64,000 nt of DNA, from contig CAYTHX010000008.1 of assembly GCA_964437705.1 (NCBI GenBank), positions 7,590-71,589 of the forward strand, written 5' to 3'. This DNA is from an uncultured Nitrososphaeria archaeon. GTDB taxonomy: Archaea > Thermoproteota > Nitrososphaeria > Geothermarchaeales > JDFR-13. Below, piece by piece: positions 8,920 to 18,111 of the stretch. The notes below the pieces were generated by a model. The model was not told the DNA's origin, made no database searches, and saw only the letters and a list, made by a program, of their open reading frames with translations. Numbering within the stretch: the stretch's first letter is position 1; each line of letters begins with the position of its first letter. Position numbers and translations under genes: made by a program.

Positions 8920-9432
8920 TTGTATATGGTTATTGGTGGATTATTTTGGTTAGGGTTGGTAGGATTAAGGCTAAGAGGGTTAGGGTTGGTAGGATTAAGG
9001 GTTTTATTGGTGTTATGTATGGCTGTAAGAGTGAAGTTAGAGGTAGCGAGAGGAGATAAGGTTATAGGGGTTATTGCTCTTGTGAATAGTGGTTATGAGG
9101 CTGATACACCGCAGCTTATGGTTCCGATATGGTTAGCTAGGGAGTTGGGTTTATGGCCTCCTCCGCCGAAGGCTCTGGAAGATGTTTTTGAGACTGCTGG
9201 AGGTCCTTTACGAGTATGGATTGTAAGGAATGCTGCTAGGGTTAGGGTATCTGTAAGTGATGCTACTTCTAGAAGTGTTGAGGTGGATATAGTTATTTCG
9301 CATTTAGCGGATGAGCCATTAATAAGTGATGTGTTAGCTGGTGAGTTGGAAATAGCTGTTGAGGATTTCGCTAAGGGATTATGGAGGTTTAGGTGGGAAC
9401 CTAAAGAAAAGCTTAGACCAAGTGAAAAATAG
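8920..9432 (+). CDS. Hypothetical protein in a G+T-skewed, GC-elevated island; N-terminal region built from a 30-bp tandem duplication
   Basis: ORF of 170 aa. GGTTAGGGTTGGTAGGATTAAGG occurs twice 30 bp apart (8947-8969, 8977-8999), giving LVGLRLRGLGLVGLRV. The protein is more plausible from the internal Met (MAVRVKLEV..). Residues PIWLARELGL resemble an AbrB-like binding loop, but no family was recognised. Confidence 0.35.
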   Translation: MYMVIGGLFWLGLVGLRLRGLGLVGLRVLLVLCMAVRVKLEVARGDKVIGVIALVNSGYEADTPQLMVPIWLARELGLWPPPPKALEDVFETAGGPLRVWIVRNAARVRVSVSDATSRSVEVDIVISHLADEPLISDVLAGELEIAVEDFAKGLWRFRWEPKEKLRPSEK

Positions 9433-9563
9433 TTTTTGTGGATTAGGGGGAAGATAATTACTTATTAAAGCAGAATTTTTCTAGTTTTAGTTTATACTTG
9501 GATTTTTGTGGTTAGAGGATTCTCTAGCTATGGGCTTATATTAAACTCTTATTCTATGATCTC

Positions 9564-9955
9564 TACACTAACATTAAATTCTGATAGTTGTGTAAAGTGT
9601 TTTTATCCCTAGTTACTACTGTAGCTTTCTTTCTTTTTGTAATAGCCGCAATTATCAAATCTCTATCTGGAATTTCTACCCCCTTCTCCCTCAAACTATA
9701 CTCTAAATCTATAATATCTAAAATTACCTCCTGATCAATATGTTCAACCTCAAAAATCTCTTCAATAAATTTCTTTGCCTCCTTAATATCCTTACCAACA
9801 CCTTAAGTCTATAGAGATACTCATAGAGAACCACTATCGGTATCATAACTTCTTATATCTACCCATTAGATCTACATATAGCTTCGTATTCCCCCTATCC
9901 AAAATATCAATCAATACATTAGTATCTAGAAGACCTACTTCTCCCCCAACCACTT
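9564..9955 (-). pseudogene. vapC: Frameshifted vapC (PIN-domain toxin) pseudogene
   Basis: Minus-strand hand translation gives PIN pieces in three frames: N-terminus (V)VGGEVGLLDTNVLIDILDRGNTKLYVDLMGRYKKL*, middle ..VLYEYLYRLKVL.., and C-terminus ..IPDRDLIIAAITKRKKATVVTRDKNTLHNYQNLMLV*. Its start overlaps the end of the upstream antitoxin gene. Confidence 0.55.
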
Positions 9956-10183
9956 CATCCAATAAACCTCACCTAAAACCTTCTCTAGAGATTTAATTTC
10001 CTCCTCACTTAAACCAAACTTCATTTTATACTCAAGAATCAGGTAAAGCTTAGACTTAACCTCCTCCCTCAACAACCGTCTAATCGCTTCATCCATAGAC
10101 TTCACACCAACCCTATCCTTATACCTCTTCAACTCAACATACGTATCATCTCTAACAACTATAGTCTTCATCAAAAAATACAA
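9935..10183 (-). CDS. vapB: Type II antitoxin (VapB-like, orphaned by decay of its vapC)
   Basis: 82 aa, MKTIVVRDDTYVELKRYKDRVGVKSMDEAIRRLL, typical of archaeal antitoxins; immediately upstream of the vapC remnant and overlapping it. Confidence 0.55.
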   Translation of the reverse strand: MYFLMKTIVVRDDTYVELKRYKDRVGVKSMDEAIRRLLREEVKSKLYLILEYKMKFGLSEEEIKSLEKVLGEVYWMKWLGEK

Positions 10184-10484
10184 AAAACAAAATGAGACTT
10201 TATAAACCCCTACAAATCAACTTCTGTCCCACCACTAGAAATTAATAAACCACAAAAATCAATATCCTTAATGAAATAAACAATCTAAGCATTAGAATTC
10301 CCAAACAAGGAATGGAATGTCTTCTACTGATTATTTTTGTTAGGGATTTTAAGTTGGGGATGGTTTTTATGTTATGTTTCTAGAGAGAATTAAAAGTTAA
10401 GTAGTAGTTATTTTTATATTTAGTTTAGTTTAGATTAGATTTTTAGAGTTTTTGATTGTAGATTTTATGGCTTTATTTTTGTTT

Positions 10485-10979
10485 TTAGATTTTTGTGTAT
10501 TTGAGTTTGTGTTTTTCTCCGTATTTGATTAGTTTTTCGTCTTTGGTTATGAGGGTTATATTCAGTTTTTTCCATGTTGTAGCTATAATTGCGTCTGCTA
10601 TGCTCGGCCAGAATCCATCTCTTTTTTCGATAAACATTTCTTTTTCTTCTAGTAGTAGGTTATATGCATCTATTAAATCTCTTATGTTTAGGGGGATTAT
10701 AGTTAATTTGTTTATTCCGAGTATTTGGTAGTTATTATATAGATTATCATATCCCCTCTTTAGGTTTTTAAATAGTTCTAATCCCATCTCTATATCTAAT
10801 CCTCCTCTACTTTCTAGTTTATAAGCAGGATAGGCTAATTCATGAAAACTTATTACATGAATCATAATATCATTGCCTTTAATTAATTTCATAACTGGCT
10901 CATGATACTTTGAGTTTACAAATATTAATCCCCATACAGCAATTGTATCGAGAAGTAGTTTTTTCAAAGGTGGCACCAA
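10485..10979 (-). CDS. vapC: PIN-domain ribonuclease (VapC toxin)
   Basis: 164 aa; N-terminal LLDT.. and C-terminal ..DAIIATTWKKLNITLITKDEKL are PIN motifs. Confidence 0.7.
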   Translation of the reverse strand: MVPPLKKLLLDTIAVWGLIFVNSKYHEPVMKLIKGNDIMIHVISFHELAYPAYKLESRGGLDIEMGLELFKNLKRGYDNLYNNYQILGINKLTIIPLNIRDLIDAYNLLLEEKEMFIEKRDGFWPSIADAIIATTWKKLNITLITKDEKLIKYGEKHKLKYTKI

Positions 10980-11039
10980 TTAATAGTAAGTGTAAAATTT
11001 ATATTTTAAGTTATCCTTATAGAAAAGTGGGATAACTAA

Positions 11040-11273
11040 ATGTATGAAATAATTAAGATTTATGATAAGAAGGGGCATACTGTTTTAAGAAAAAGGGTTT
11101 TAGAGCATTTAGGTGTTAAAGAAGGAGATTTATTAATTGCTGAATTAAAATATAAAGGTATGGTTATCTTAAGACCATTAAATATGGATGATTTTCTAGC
11201 TAAACTAAATAACGTTGAAAATGAAGATCTAGTCCTTGCTGAGAAAGTAAAAATCTCTTTCGAAGCTAGATAA
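11040..11273 (+). CDS. AbrB/SpoVT-type (swapped-hairpin) antitoxin-like DNA-binding protein
   Basis: 77 aa, ..RKRVLEHLGVKEGDLLIAELKYKGMVILRPL.. matches the AbrB/MazE fold pattern. Divergent (head-to-head) with the PIN gene. Confidence 0.55.
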   Translation: MYEIIKIYDKKGHTVLRKRVLEHLGVKEGDLLIAELKYKGMVILRPLNMDDFLAKLNNVENEDLVLAEKVKISFEAR

Positions 11274-11412
11274 CATCTTACATAAATACAAGCTAAAATT
11301 CTCTAGCGTGAATTTCAAATAGAAAGGGTGATGTGGTATAAAACGGAGTTTTTGTGGATACTGAGATTTCTCTAGATATCTCCTGTATCTAGACTATACT
11401 TTTGATTAAGGT

Positions 11413-12513
11413 TTATGTTTCTATTATGAATTTTCCGTTTTTGTATATTAATTCTCCATCTGCATATACTTTTCCTTCTTTCATGCTTTTTATTAGGTCC
11501 CAGTGGATAGCGGATTTATTTTTTCCTCCAGTTTTTGGGTATGCTGCACCTAATGCTAAATGTATTGTCCCACCTATCTTCTCATCAAACAGTATATTCC
11601 TTACAGATCTGGTTATATCATAATTTAATCCGAATGCGAATTCTCCTATTCGTTTAGCTCCTTCATCAGTCTCCAACATTTTCCTTAGGAATTCTTCTCC
11701 AACTTCTGCTTTTGCATCAACAACTTTACCTTGTTTAAATGTTAGCTTAGCACCTTTAACTTCTACTCCTCGCCAAATAGCTGGATAATCAAATTTTACA
11801 TATCCTTCAGCTGAGTCTTCATGTGGAGCTGTAAATATTTCTCCACCTGGCATATTAACTTTTCCATCATCATTAATCCATGTTCTACCACTAACATTAA
11901 TGGTTAAATCTGTATCTTCACCTACAATTCTTATTTCACTAACCTTCTTTAGAACATTTATAATTTTTTCTTGCCAAGAAGCTTGTTCAGCCCATGCTTT
12001 TACAGGGTCATCCCTATATAGCTTTAGCGCCTTAAATACAAAGTCCTCAAATTCTAGGGGTGACATTCCAGCTTCTTGAGCTAATGCTCTAGTTGGATAT
12101 GCAGTTACAACCCATCTTAATTTTCCTTCAGCATCTCTACGCATAAAAATTTCAGTTAACTTTGTAGTAGTTTGTGCTCTAATCTTCATTTTCTCTGGAT
12201 CTATATTTACTAATGGCTTAGTATGTGTTGATGAAAGTATGGATATCCTAACGTCAATATTCTCCATAATAAACTCATCAATCTTAGAATAGTACTTTAA
12301 TAGGCTTTCTGGAGCATACCTATAAAATAACTCGGTTAATACTTCATCCGTTAAGTTTAACCTTGGATAAGCTCCTTTAGATACAACTTCTTTCCATAGC
12401 TCTCTGATTAATGGAAAAGCCTCATAAGTGGAAGAGATGAATACTTCATCATCTGTCTTAACACATGTACAGTACTCAACTAATAATTTTGCAAATTTCG
12501 TGAACATGATCAA
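11413..12513 (-). CDS. ampS: Aminopeptidase, M29 (AmpS/PepS thermophilic metalloprotease) family
   Basis: 366 aa with conserved M29 stretches (…GKLRWVVTAYPT…, …GGTIHLALG…, …AIHWDLI…). Confidence 0.8.
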   Translation of the reverse strand: MIMFTKFAKLLVEYCTCVKTDDEVFISSTYEAFPLIRELWKEVVSKGAYPRLNLTDEVLTELFYRYAPESLLKYYSKIDEFIMENIDVRISILSSTHTKPLVNIDPEKMKIRAQTTTKLTEIFMRRDAEGKLRWVVTAYPTRALAQEAGMSPLEFEDFVFKALKLYRDDPVKAWAEQASWQEKIINVLKKVSEIRIVGEDTDLTINVSGRTWINDDGKVNMPGGEIFTAPHEDSAEGYVKFDYPAIWRGVEVKGAKLTFKQGKVVDAKAEVGEEFLRKMLETDEGAKRIGEFAFGLNYDITRSVRNILFDEKIGGTIHLALGAAYPKTGGKNKSAIHWDLIKSMKEGKVYADGELIYKNGKFIIET

Positions 12514-12792
12514 GACACCTCATGTCTAAAAATATTACATAATAGTTATGAATACTTACCCCAACAAAAAATTATTGTGGATATACTATTATGATTTTAA
12601 TATTAATTTATCTTTAAGCATATTTTTCTTTAATAGTTAATTCTCTTCCTAGTATTATCTTAATTATTATGTGAAAATGGCGTAGGAAATTAAGAGTTAT
12701 TATGTTTTGGTATTAATTAGATATTTCTAGATATATTTATTAAAAATTATTCTTCCTATGCTTATTGCCTTTTTGTCACTAATAAGGGGTAA

Positions 12793-14127
12793 TTGGGGAC
12801 TCTCTTTATGAGCAGTGATAAAAGCTATCTTATTGCTATTGTTATACTGGTTTTTGCTTCAACCATCATAAACTTGGGCTTTTCAGCATTATCCCCTGTT
12901 TTTCCTTATTTGATTTTAGCATTGAAGGGTGTATTGAGTGAGCTTCCTGACCTTGTTAGTGGAGTTATTGAGGCCCATAAGGGGGCTATGGAGTTTGGGG
13001 CATTAATGGCTGCTTTTATGGTTACTAGGGCGCCTACAGCTGGTGTAATTGGTTTTTTGAGTGATGTGTTAGGTAAGAAGAGGACTATACTATTCGGAAT
13101 GGGGCTTTACGTTATTGTATCTATCGGTTTTCTTCTCTCAAATAGTATAATTTTGTTTATAGTGTTTAGAGGAGTCCAAGGTATAGCTTCTGCAATGGTG
13201 TGGCCTGTTGCCGAAGCTTATCTAGCTGATATCAGTCCTCGATGGTCTAGAGGTAAAGCTATCTCGCTATATACCTCTAGTATGCTTATTGCCGAGATTT
13301 TAGGTCCTGGAATTGGCGTCGCGATATATAAGCTGTATATTACATGGTTTGATGCGGGAGATGTTATTGCTGCGCTAAAGTCCCCTATAATATTCTTGGT
13401 TATATCAAGTCTCGCTTCCCTAGTAACCCTACTTTTCATTCCTGAGTATAAGATAGGCCGACTAGTGGAGGCAGGTGGAGTAGTTAGTGGGATAAGAGAG
13501 GTTCTTTCGACTATGAAGGAAGTTCCTAGCTACATAGCTAGGAGCCTACGAGTTATCTATTTGAATGGACTTATTAATGGAGTGGCGATGGGTGTGACAC
13601 ATACAGTTGTTATAGTATACATTATTGAGGTTATAGTTAAAGATCCAGTTTATATAGGGCTTTTTTACACGTTAATGTCTATAGTTGCCTTACCTGCAAG
13701 TCTCCTCGCAGGTTATCTTAGTGACCGAGTTAAAAAGAGAAAACCATTCGTTATAGCAGGTTATTTAATTGGGAGATCAGTATTAATTTTAATGCCATTT
13801 ATTAGAAATTTAATTGCAATGCTTTTCCTCGGGAGTTTACTTAGCTTAGTATTTGGTCTTGCAGCTCCAATTATGAGGACACTACAAGCTGATTTAGCGC
13901 CAGAAGGTACTAGAGGTAGCATATTCGGCATACAACAGTTTTTCTTTAATGGAGGCGCTTTTTTAGGTTCACTTCTTGGAGGCTACTTAACCAATAAATA
14001 TGCTACACAAACATTCCAAATTTTCGGATATATTCTCTCTGGCTATATAGTTCCATTTTGGTTTGCCGGTCTCCTAGGCATAATTACAACTATTCTGTTC
14101 ATAATATATGTTGAGGAGCGTAAGTAG
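12793..14127 (+). CDS. Major facilitator superfamily transporter
   Basis: 444 aa with about 12 predicted TM segments and an MFS-like loop (…GFLSDVLGKKRTILFG…). Confidence 0.8.
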   Translation: MGTLFMSSDKSYLIAIVILVFASTIINLGFSALSPVFPYLILALKGVLSELPDLVSGVIEAHKGAMEFGALMAAFMVTRAPTAGVIGFLSDVLGKKRTILFGMGLYVIVSIGFLLSNSIILFIVFRGVQGIASAMVWPVAEAYLADISPRWSRGKAISLYTSSMLIAEILGPGIGVAIYKLYITWFDAGDVIAALKSPIIFLVISSLASLVTLLFIPEYKIGRLVEAGGVVSGIREVLSTMKEVPSYIARSLRVIYLNGLINGVAMGVTHTVVIVYIIEVIVKDPVYIGLFYTLMSIVALPASLLAGYLSDRVKKRKPFVIAGYLIGRSVLILMPFIRNLIAMLFLGSLLSLVFGLAAPIMRTLQADLAPEGTRGSIFGIQQFFFNGGAFLGSLLGGYLTNKYATQTFQIFGYILSGYIVPFWFAGLLGIITTILFIIYVEERK

Positions 14128-14233
14128 ATACCTAAACTACCGTCATGGTAAATTAGTAGAATATGATGCTTTAATCTACTTTTACTAATATATAGACTAT
14201 AGAAAAAATTGATATACGTGTAGAGTTATTGGT

Positions 14234-14581
14234 TTGGATATGAAGAAAATCGAGGTTTATACTGTTGATGATTTGAAGAGGGATCTTGATGCTGGTGCTC
14301 GTGATAGCGAAGTTGCACTTAAGAAGTGGAAGTCTGTAATGAAGCTTCTAGAGACTATAGAGGAAGTTGCTATTCAAGTAACTTCATTTTGCTTTAAATA
14401 TCAGGGTCAAGGATGTTCAGGCTGTCCAATTCTAAAATACGACTATCCATGTGGACATCCATACGCAACCTTCACAATATTTTATCAAGAGCTTAAAAAA
14501 CTTAGAGCTCTCGGAGAAAAGATCTATATGATGCTTATAGCGATAGATAAGGAGGAACAAGAAAAAGAATATTATAGCTAA
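14234..14581 (+). CDS. Hypothetical protein with CxxC…C cluster
   Basis: 115 aa; QGCSGCPILKYDYPCGHP; no family recognised. Confidence 0.35.
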   Translation: MDMKKIEVYTVDDLKRDLDAGARDSEVALKKWKSVMKLLETIEEVAIQVTSFCFKYQGQGCSGCPILKYDYPCGHPYATFTIFYQELKKLRALGEKIYMMLIAIDKEEQEKEYYS

Positions 14582-14647
14582 CTATCATAATACTATCATT
14601 TTAATTTCAAACTCCTTTTATCGTTAATTTAGAATATTTATTTTGGT

Positions 14648-15090
14648 ATGATGGATTTAGTTAAGAAAGCTTGTAACTTACTTATTGAAAATTTAGGTGA
14701 TAAAATTGTAGCTGTTTCTCTTTTTGGTAGTTTAGCTAGAGGTGAAGCTAGTAAATATAGTGATGTAGATTTCTTTATCGTAGTTAGAAACTTTAATGAT
14801 CCAAATAGAAGATTTAAAATATATCACTATTTATATAGCGTTTTAAAAAGGATGTGACGGTTATTGATATCGATGAAGATAAACTTTTTAGAGATGATTT
14901 AAAGATTTCCCCTCTACTACTAAATATTATATATGACTCTATAATTCTCTATGATCCAACTGGAAGATTAACTAAATTATTCGATAGGATTAAGTATGCT
15001 ATAGATAAAAATTTAGTTAGGTATAAAACTCCAGATGGTAAATATGGCTGGAAACCTAGAAAAGGAATATTAAGTATAATAAAGGTGTAA
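14648..15090 (+). pseudogene. Minimal nucleotidyltransferase (MNT, HEPN partner) split by a frameshift at 14839-14857
   Basis: ORF 14648-14857 carries the NTase motif GSLARGEASKYSDVDFFIVV but is too short for the fold. ORF 14854-15090 continues in another frame that is open from 14839. The junction lies in a TTTTAAAAAGG homopolymer run. Confidence 0.5.
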
Positions 15091-15094
15091 AATT

Positions 15095-15539
15095 ATGGAG
15101 ATAGATCCCAGCTCTGAAGTCAAGTATAGAGTAAAATTATCAAATAAATATTTAAAGAGAGCTAAGAAGTTCTTGACAACTGGTGATTGGAAGGAAAGCG
15201 CTGAAGCTTCCCCGTTATCTGCTGAAAATGCGGCTAAAGCTATAATTGCTATAAAGAGGATACCAAGCTGGGACACACGACTCCTCCCATGAACTTAAGG
15301 AGATAATTAATGAATTTAGTGAGGATCTAAGAAATTTAATACTAGAATTAGCGTCTATTGTTCACGAATTAGCACCAGAGCATATATTAGTATCATATGG
15401 AAAGTCTGATGAAGGATTGACACCTTGGGATATCTATAATGAGGAGAAGGCAAAACTATTGTTTAATAAGGCTAAGAGAGCTAATGAAATAATGAATAAA
15501 ATCATTAAGAGAGAGTTTGGATATACTACTTCACAATAA
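15095..15539 (+). pseudogene. HEPN-domain protein split by a +1 frameshift near 15255-15290
   Basis: ORF 15095-15292 ends ..KRIPSWDTRLLP*. The +1 frame continues open from 15255 to a TAA at 15537-15539 encoding ..THDSSHELKEIINEF… Joined, they give an R-x6-H HEPN motif. Confidence 0.5.
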
Positions 15540-15640
15540 ATCTAGTTAAAAAGGTCCTTAAAGGCAAATAAGGTAATATGTTAGGAATCTTAGAGTGTAA
15601 CTAATTACAAAGATAGAGCTAATAAAATACTTATACTCTT

Positions 15641-15997
15641 CTACGTTACTTCTCTATATTCATCTATGAATCTCTTATACCAATTTCTATATTCATTTGG
15701 TGTTACTATGTGTATTTCATATGGTGTATCTCTTCCTATTTTACTCGCTATTTCCAACCTTAACTTTAATCTATCCCTAATATTTCCCGCTATATCTGTA
15801 ACTATTAATATATCTATATCACTATCTGGTTTCATATCACCTCTCACGTAACTTCCAAAGAGAATTACTCTTGCTTTTTCATCATATTTTCTCGCTGTAT
15901 TAAGCATCTCTTTTAAGTAGTACTCTAGGTTTTTATAATATTTCTTCCACGCTTTTATCCTTTCTAACTCTAATTCAATTAAGCTTTTTCTAGACAT
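15641..15997 (-). CDS. Minimal nucleotidyltransferase (MNT)
   Basis: 118 aa; ILFGSYVRGDMKPDSDIDILIV is the Pol-beta NTase motif. Confidence 0.8.
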   Translation of the reverse strand: MSRKSLIELELERIKAWKKYYKNLEYYLKEMLNTARKYDEKARVILFGSYVRGDMKPDSDIDILIVTDIAGNIRDRLKLRLEIASKIGRDTPYEIHIVTPNEYRNWYKRFIDEYREVT

Positions 15998-16015
15998 TTA
16001 AATACACCTAATATT

Positions 16016-16357
16016 TTATCTGAAAATTTTTAAGATTCTCTCAGCTATCTCCCTATCATATTCTCTTGGTAGGTATCTTGACGTAATATATGCCTCCTCT
16101 AATAGGTACAGTATCTCGAGATCTTCATTATAGATTTTCTTAAGTTCCTCACTTCCATATACTTTAATTACATCTTGTATGAGTCTAACTATTGAATGTG
16201 TTTTTGGATAATCTCCTATTTTCATGTATAGTAAGTGCTTCAAGTATAACTGAATAAATTGTTCAACATGAAATAACACAAGGTCATAATACCCCCTAGA
16301 AAAATTTATTTTCGCAGTATCTAGGAATGCCTCAGCTCTTCTCCTTAAAAATCTCAT
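16016..16357 (-). CDS. HEPN-domain protein (partner of the MNT)
   Basis: 113 aa immediately upstream of the MNT in the same operon; ..AYITSRYLPREY.. is an HEPN R-x4-6-H-like motif. Confidence 0.7.
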   Translation of the reverse strand: MRFLRRRAEAFLDTAKINFSRGYYDLVLFHVEQFIQLYLKHLLYMKIGDYPKTHSIVRLIQDVIKVYGSEELKKIYNEDLEILYLLEEAYITSRYLPREYDREIAERILKIFR

Positions 16358-16696
16358 CCTAAATTATTCACCACAATAAAATAGTTTTATACTTTGCCTT
16401 AAAGTAATACAATTACTACTTTAATTATTTACTCAATTCCTTCATATCTATTATTAGTGATGTAATTGCGATTGCTAATAGTAGTAATACTCTATTCATT
16501 TGTCTATATGCCTTACTAAAATATTCTAGAACATCCATTTTTACTTTCTATTTCACACCTAACTTTAAAAAACTTTAATATTTTTCCTACTTTCTAAATC
16601 TATGCTAATAATTTTAGAGACCTACCTACTAAAGATCAGTATCAATTAATCATATATATCGTAGATTTTTGAAGTATCTGTTTTTTAGGTTTTGTT

Positions 16697-17053
16697 ATGT
16701 CGCTATATATTCATGGTGATTTAGCGTCGGTTAAGGTTCCCAATTCTAGAATTCAAAGGATATGTGCTGTTGGATTAACTAGCGATGCTATTTTATTATC
16801 TTGTTTTGGAAAGTTTTCTTCATGTTTATGTGCTAGAATGGGTCCATTACTAGAAGAATATATTGTTTATAAGCGGTTGGAGGGTAAACTTAGGGATTAT
16901 GATAGTATTAAGGCTATATCATATTACTCGATTCGAGGTGTTAAAGCTATGGTAAAGCTTGGCATAGAGATGCTTACAATCGAGGCTCAAGATGGTATTT
17001 ATGAGTTTGTAGCTGTTGGCCGCTATGCTAAATTTGGTATGCGTAATTTTTAG
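16697..17053 (+). CDS. Hypothetical protein
   Basis: 118-aa ORF; no recognisable family. Confidence 0.3.
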   Translation: MSLYIHGDLASVKVPNSRIQRICAVGLTSDAILLSCFGKFSSCLCARMGPLLEEYIVYKRLEGKLRDYDSIKAISYYSIRGVKAMVKLGIEMLTIEAQDGIYEFVAVGRYAKFGMRNF

Positions 17054-17141
17054 AGGAGCGCAAACTGAGACTTAAAATGATTAATCCAACCGTGAAGTTT
17101 GAGGAGAATTTATGAACCTAATTTATTCTTACTATTCATAT

Positions 17142-17744
17142 TTACTGGTTTTTCTTTAGTATGTCCTCGCTCACTATCTTCTCTAAATACTTCTTAAGTG
17201 TTTTTCTTATTTGCCATCTTTTATTTATATTTCCATAAAGCTTTAGCGCTGCTGCCCGTATACTATTTAACTCTGCTACTTTCTCTAGTATCTGCTTCTC
17301 TTCCTCCGTTATTTCTTCTTTATAGTGTTGTAAAGCTGTCGTAGCAATTTCTCTCGGTTCCAGACCCATATAGATATACTCCTTATCCGTCGGTATATCC
17401 AACTTCTCAATAACCTCAAACTCTATAATCGTCACTATATCATCTGGAGTTACTCTTAACCGGTACACTCTTCTCAAACTTCTAACTAATTCCTTTACAC
17501 TTCTAAATCCATCTCTCCAAGCATCCTGATCTGTTAACTCCCTAATCTTCTTAAACCTAACTCTCTTAACCTTTATCTTAGCAATTACTTTTCCACCACT
17601 ATGGATAACTAACTCATCACTCATTGGTATAACTTTACCTAACCTAATTGTAGTAGTCTTCCTTCCCCTTAGAATAAGCTCTGCAAATCTCCCCTTAACA
17701 GTAATTATCCTCTTAATATACCTCGGCTTACTAAATATAGACAT
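17142..17744 (-). CDS. ASCH-domain (PUA-like fold) protein with C-terminal helical extension
   Basis: 200 aa; N-terminus ..RFAELILRGRKTTTIRLG…VIHSGGKVIAKIKVKRVR…LTDQDAWRDGF matches the ASCH beta-barrel pattern. Confidence 0.6.
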   Translation of the reverse strand: MSIFSKPRYIKRIITVKGRFAELILRGRKTTTIRLGKVIPMSDELVIHSGGKVIAKIKVKRVRFKKIRELTDQDAWRDGFRSVKELVRSLRRVYRLRVTPDDIVTIIEFEVIEKLDIPTDKEYIYMGLEPREIATTALQHYKEEITEEEKQILEKVAELNSIRAAALKLYGNINKRWQIRKTLKKYLEKIVSEDILKKNQ

Positions 17745-18111
17745 CGCAGAGGCCTATACAGATATTACTACCCCCACTATCAATAGAATATACTTATTTG
17801 TATCCTCATTAGATTATATTTAGGTTTTCTATATTATGGCTGGTTTGACCACCTAAAAATTCTGAAATTTCCAAAATATATTTTGGAGTTATTTGTTTAA
17901 TCTCAATAATTCTTCTCTTGAAGGCTAAAGTTACTGGAAAATATGCAATAGAGAGTAAAAGTGGTATCGTACCCAGAAAATTTATTTTACATAATACCTG
18001 TATCCCTAGAAGTCACTTCTATAGTCGAATTATCACAATTGTACTGTAAATATGGGTTTACACGTATTTACACGCCCAATATCCATAAATTTTCTAGTTA
18101 GTTATCTAGGT

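Noticed and set aside
8920-9432. Considered as the Csa3 or Cbp1 CRISPR regulator because of its position next to the array
   Set aside because: There is no resemblance to the Csa3 N-terminal Rossmann/wHTH pattern or to HTH repeats. The composition suggests foreign or degenerate sequence instead.
10184-10484. G/T-rich low-complexity intergenic stretch (TAGTTTAGTTTAGATTAGATTTTTAGAG…) considered as a second CRISPR leader or mini-array
   Set aside because: It contains no copy of the repeat or any other direct repeat of 20 nt or more. It is only AT/GT-rich spacer DNA upstream of the PIN gene.
12514-12792. Scanned the larger intergenic gaps (12514-12792, 16358-16696, 17745-18111, 28868-29031, 35401-35619, 51150-51403, 62924-63209) for tRNA genes and C/D-box sRNAs
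   Set aside because: No GTTCGAATC-type T-loop with a matching acceptor stem was found, and no convincing RUGAUGA…CUGA box pairs either. A tRNAscan or C/D-box search would be needed to be certain.
14648-15090. Treating 14648-14857 and 14854-15090 as two genuine overlapping genes
   Set aside because: The first product (69 aa) carries only the GS…DxD half of the nucleotidyltransferase fold, and the second supplies the missing C-terminal half. A single frameshifted gene is the more economical reading.
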